DNA of 64,000 nucleotides from Felis catus (lineage: Eukaryota): NCBI RefSeq assembly GCF_018350175.1, contig NC_058368.1, positions 53,756,001 through 53,820,000 on the forward strand, read 5' to 3'. Of the stretch, positions 62,385 through 64,000 are shown piece after piece (position 1 is the stretch's first letter; every line of letters begins with the position of its first letter). A model generated the notes under the pieces. It had not been told where the DNA came from, did no database searches, and saw only the letters and a program-made list of their open reading frames with translations. The position numbers were made by a program, and so were the translations under genes.

Positions 62385-62654
62385 TTTTTCAGCTTTATTG
62401 AGATATAACTGACATATTACATTGTATAAGTTTAAGGTGTGCTGTGTGATGATTTGATACACCTATATATGACAACAAAAAAGAGTTAGTTAAAACATCC
62501 ATCACCTCATGTAACACAATTTGTGTGTGTGTGTGTGTATGCGCATGCGCATGTAGTGAGAACACTTAAGATCTACTCTCATATCAACTTTCAAATATAT
62601 AATACAGTAGAGTTAACTAGTCCCCATGCTGAATATCAGACCCCCAGAACCTAT
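62385..62654 (-). mobile_element. L1MA8/9-like 3' end
   Basis: ctttattgagatataactgaca...tttaaggtgt...catccatcacctca...gtgagaacacttaagatctactctc...actagtccccatgctg. Confidence 0.85.
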
Positions 62655-63193
62655 CCTGGGGGCTGGAACTGGTCCCTGGGGCAGTTTCTACAGGCTGATA
62701 CCTAGCTCTGGAGGCGTGGCTGGGGGTATTTCCCACCAGGTCTCTGGGTTGTCTAGTCCACTCCCTGACATGGCTGGAGCTGAGTACAGACCCCTTTAGG
62801 ATCTTCTGAGGCATAGAGGAGTCTCTCACCTGGTCCCCGAGCTGGACTGCTTTTACATTGCTGTTGGGAGATGAGTGGAACCCTTTTCTGGATCTTTAGG
62901 GGTGCAGAAGGAAGTGTCTGCTTTTGGCTCTCTGGGCTAGAAGTACAGCTCTTGGACTGTGGCTGGGGCATCTGGAGCCACGTGTAAGTCCTTTTCAGGA
63001 TCTCTAGGATAGCGGATGGGAGTGTCTCCTCCTCAGTCTCTGGGTTGGCAGGTCTGCTGGTGGACTTTGGCTGTGGGGTTGGTGTCCCTTTAGGATCTCT
63101 AGAGGTGCAGCTGGGAGTGTGTCGTGCTTGGGTCCCTGTGCTAACAGGACTGTTCACGGACTATGGCTGGAGCCAGTATGGGGACCTTTCAGG
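62655..63193 (-). repeat. Diverged ~100-bp tandem array, probably L1M3/L1MA9-type 5'UTR repeats
   Basis: Anchor cctt(t)(c)aggatct recurs at ~62791, 62881, 62989, 63085 and 63182, with gtgtct...ctctggg...ggact.tggct between. Confidence 0.7.
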
Positions 63194-63269
63194 TAAGCTC
63201 ATATATTATTATTATTACTTTTATTATTATTATCACAGTTATCACTATTATTATGTCTATTCTTAGATG

Positions 63270-64000
63270 ATTATTGATATTTCTGTATGACCTGGCCCAT
63301 GGTAAATGTTCGTAAACATTCCACATGTTCTTGATAATAAGAATGTTTATTCTCGTTGGGTGCAGAGTTCTATATACATCTATTTATATCAAACTTTTTG
63401 TATTTTTCGAGTATCTAAAATATGTGCTGCTCATTCATTTAGCTGTATTTTCCTTCTCTGTGACAGAAAGCCTCTCTCTCTTCAATTCTCTCTCATCCTG
63501 TAACTGATAATTTCAGTATCTAATGTCTTAATTAGAGAGGGCCTAATTCTGTTTTGGCGGCTCTTGCCAACTCTCTCTCAAATTGGCTTGATTGGGCATG
63601 TGTTTTCATAATTGTGGATTGTAAGCTCATCTTTCCCTGGCTCTATACCTGGCAATTATGTGAAGCCTAGGTGGAAATCATACGTCTTCCTCTAAAGAGT
63701 TTTATTCTTTTTTAGGCAATCCAATTTAGGCAACCTCAAATTGGGTACAATTTTGAGTTTATTTCTCAGCTTGGGGTTTCTTAGACCATGTGAGTTGTAT
63801 AAATTTGAATCCCAAGCCCTTGTGAGAGCAGACTTTGGTTACAGATTCTCAAGGGACACTTTTTCCGACCCAGCTTTTAGCTGGAACCAAGATGTTACCT
63901 TATAGTTCTCTTTGCTTTTAGGTGGATTTTTCTAATCGACCTTTTTACTGGCCGTGTAACTCTTCAGATGCTGAATTTATGCAGAGGGGATTCTTAGTTC
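63270..64000 (-). mobile_element. Old L1ME/HAL1-like fragments
   Basis: tatgacctgg...aacattccacatgttcttga...aagaatgtttattct...gttgggtgcagagttctata is antisense L1 endonuclease-region sequence. Confidence 0.6.

Noticed and set aside
62753..63157. 134-aa repetitive Pro/Ser/Thr-rich ORF
   Set aside because: Translation of the diverged tandem array; no evidence of coding function
62655..63193. CRISPR-like array
   Set aside because: Units are diverged along their whole length with no identical repeat/unique spacer pattern, there are no cas genes, and the context is mammalian

Overview
Eukaryotic, mammalian DNA, almost certainly from a cat-family (Felidae) genome. The evidence is 19 tRNA-derived CAN-SINEs of feline type and a 5'-truncated feline L1 with an intact 15-bp target-site duplication (TSD). 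These sit on older eutherian repeats: MIR, L2, L3/CR1, L1M, MaLR/ERVL LTRs and hAT/Tigger MITEs. I recognise no host protein-coding exon, RNA gene, CRISPR array or prokaryotic system. The only ORFs with a recognisable product are the frameshifted L1 ORF2 C-terminus at 21007-21736. The window looks like a long intron or an intergenic region. The most interesting signals are hypotheses only: (i) a well-formed 64-nt + strand exon candidate, a 20-nt micro-exon candidate and several + strand polypyrimidine-AG|GT (recursive-splice-like) motifs; (ii) an old L1 3' end fused to a ~100-bp tandem array, with a perfect NRF1 palindrome upstream and a splice donor at its end; (iii) compact transcription-factor motif clusters in repeat-poor DNA; (iv) closely spaced inverted SINE pairs and nested transposons. 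I found no convincing novel biological system. Repeat subfamily names come from recalled consensus similarity, not a database search, and the boundaries of old repeats are approximate.
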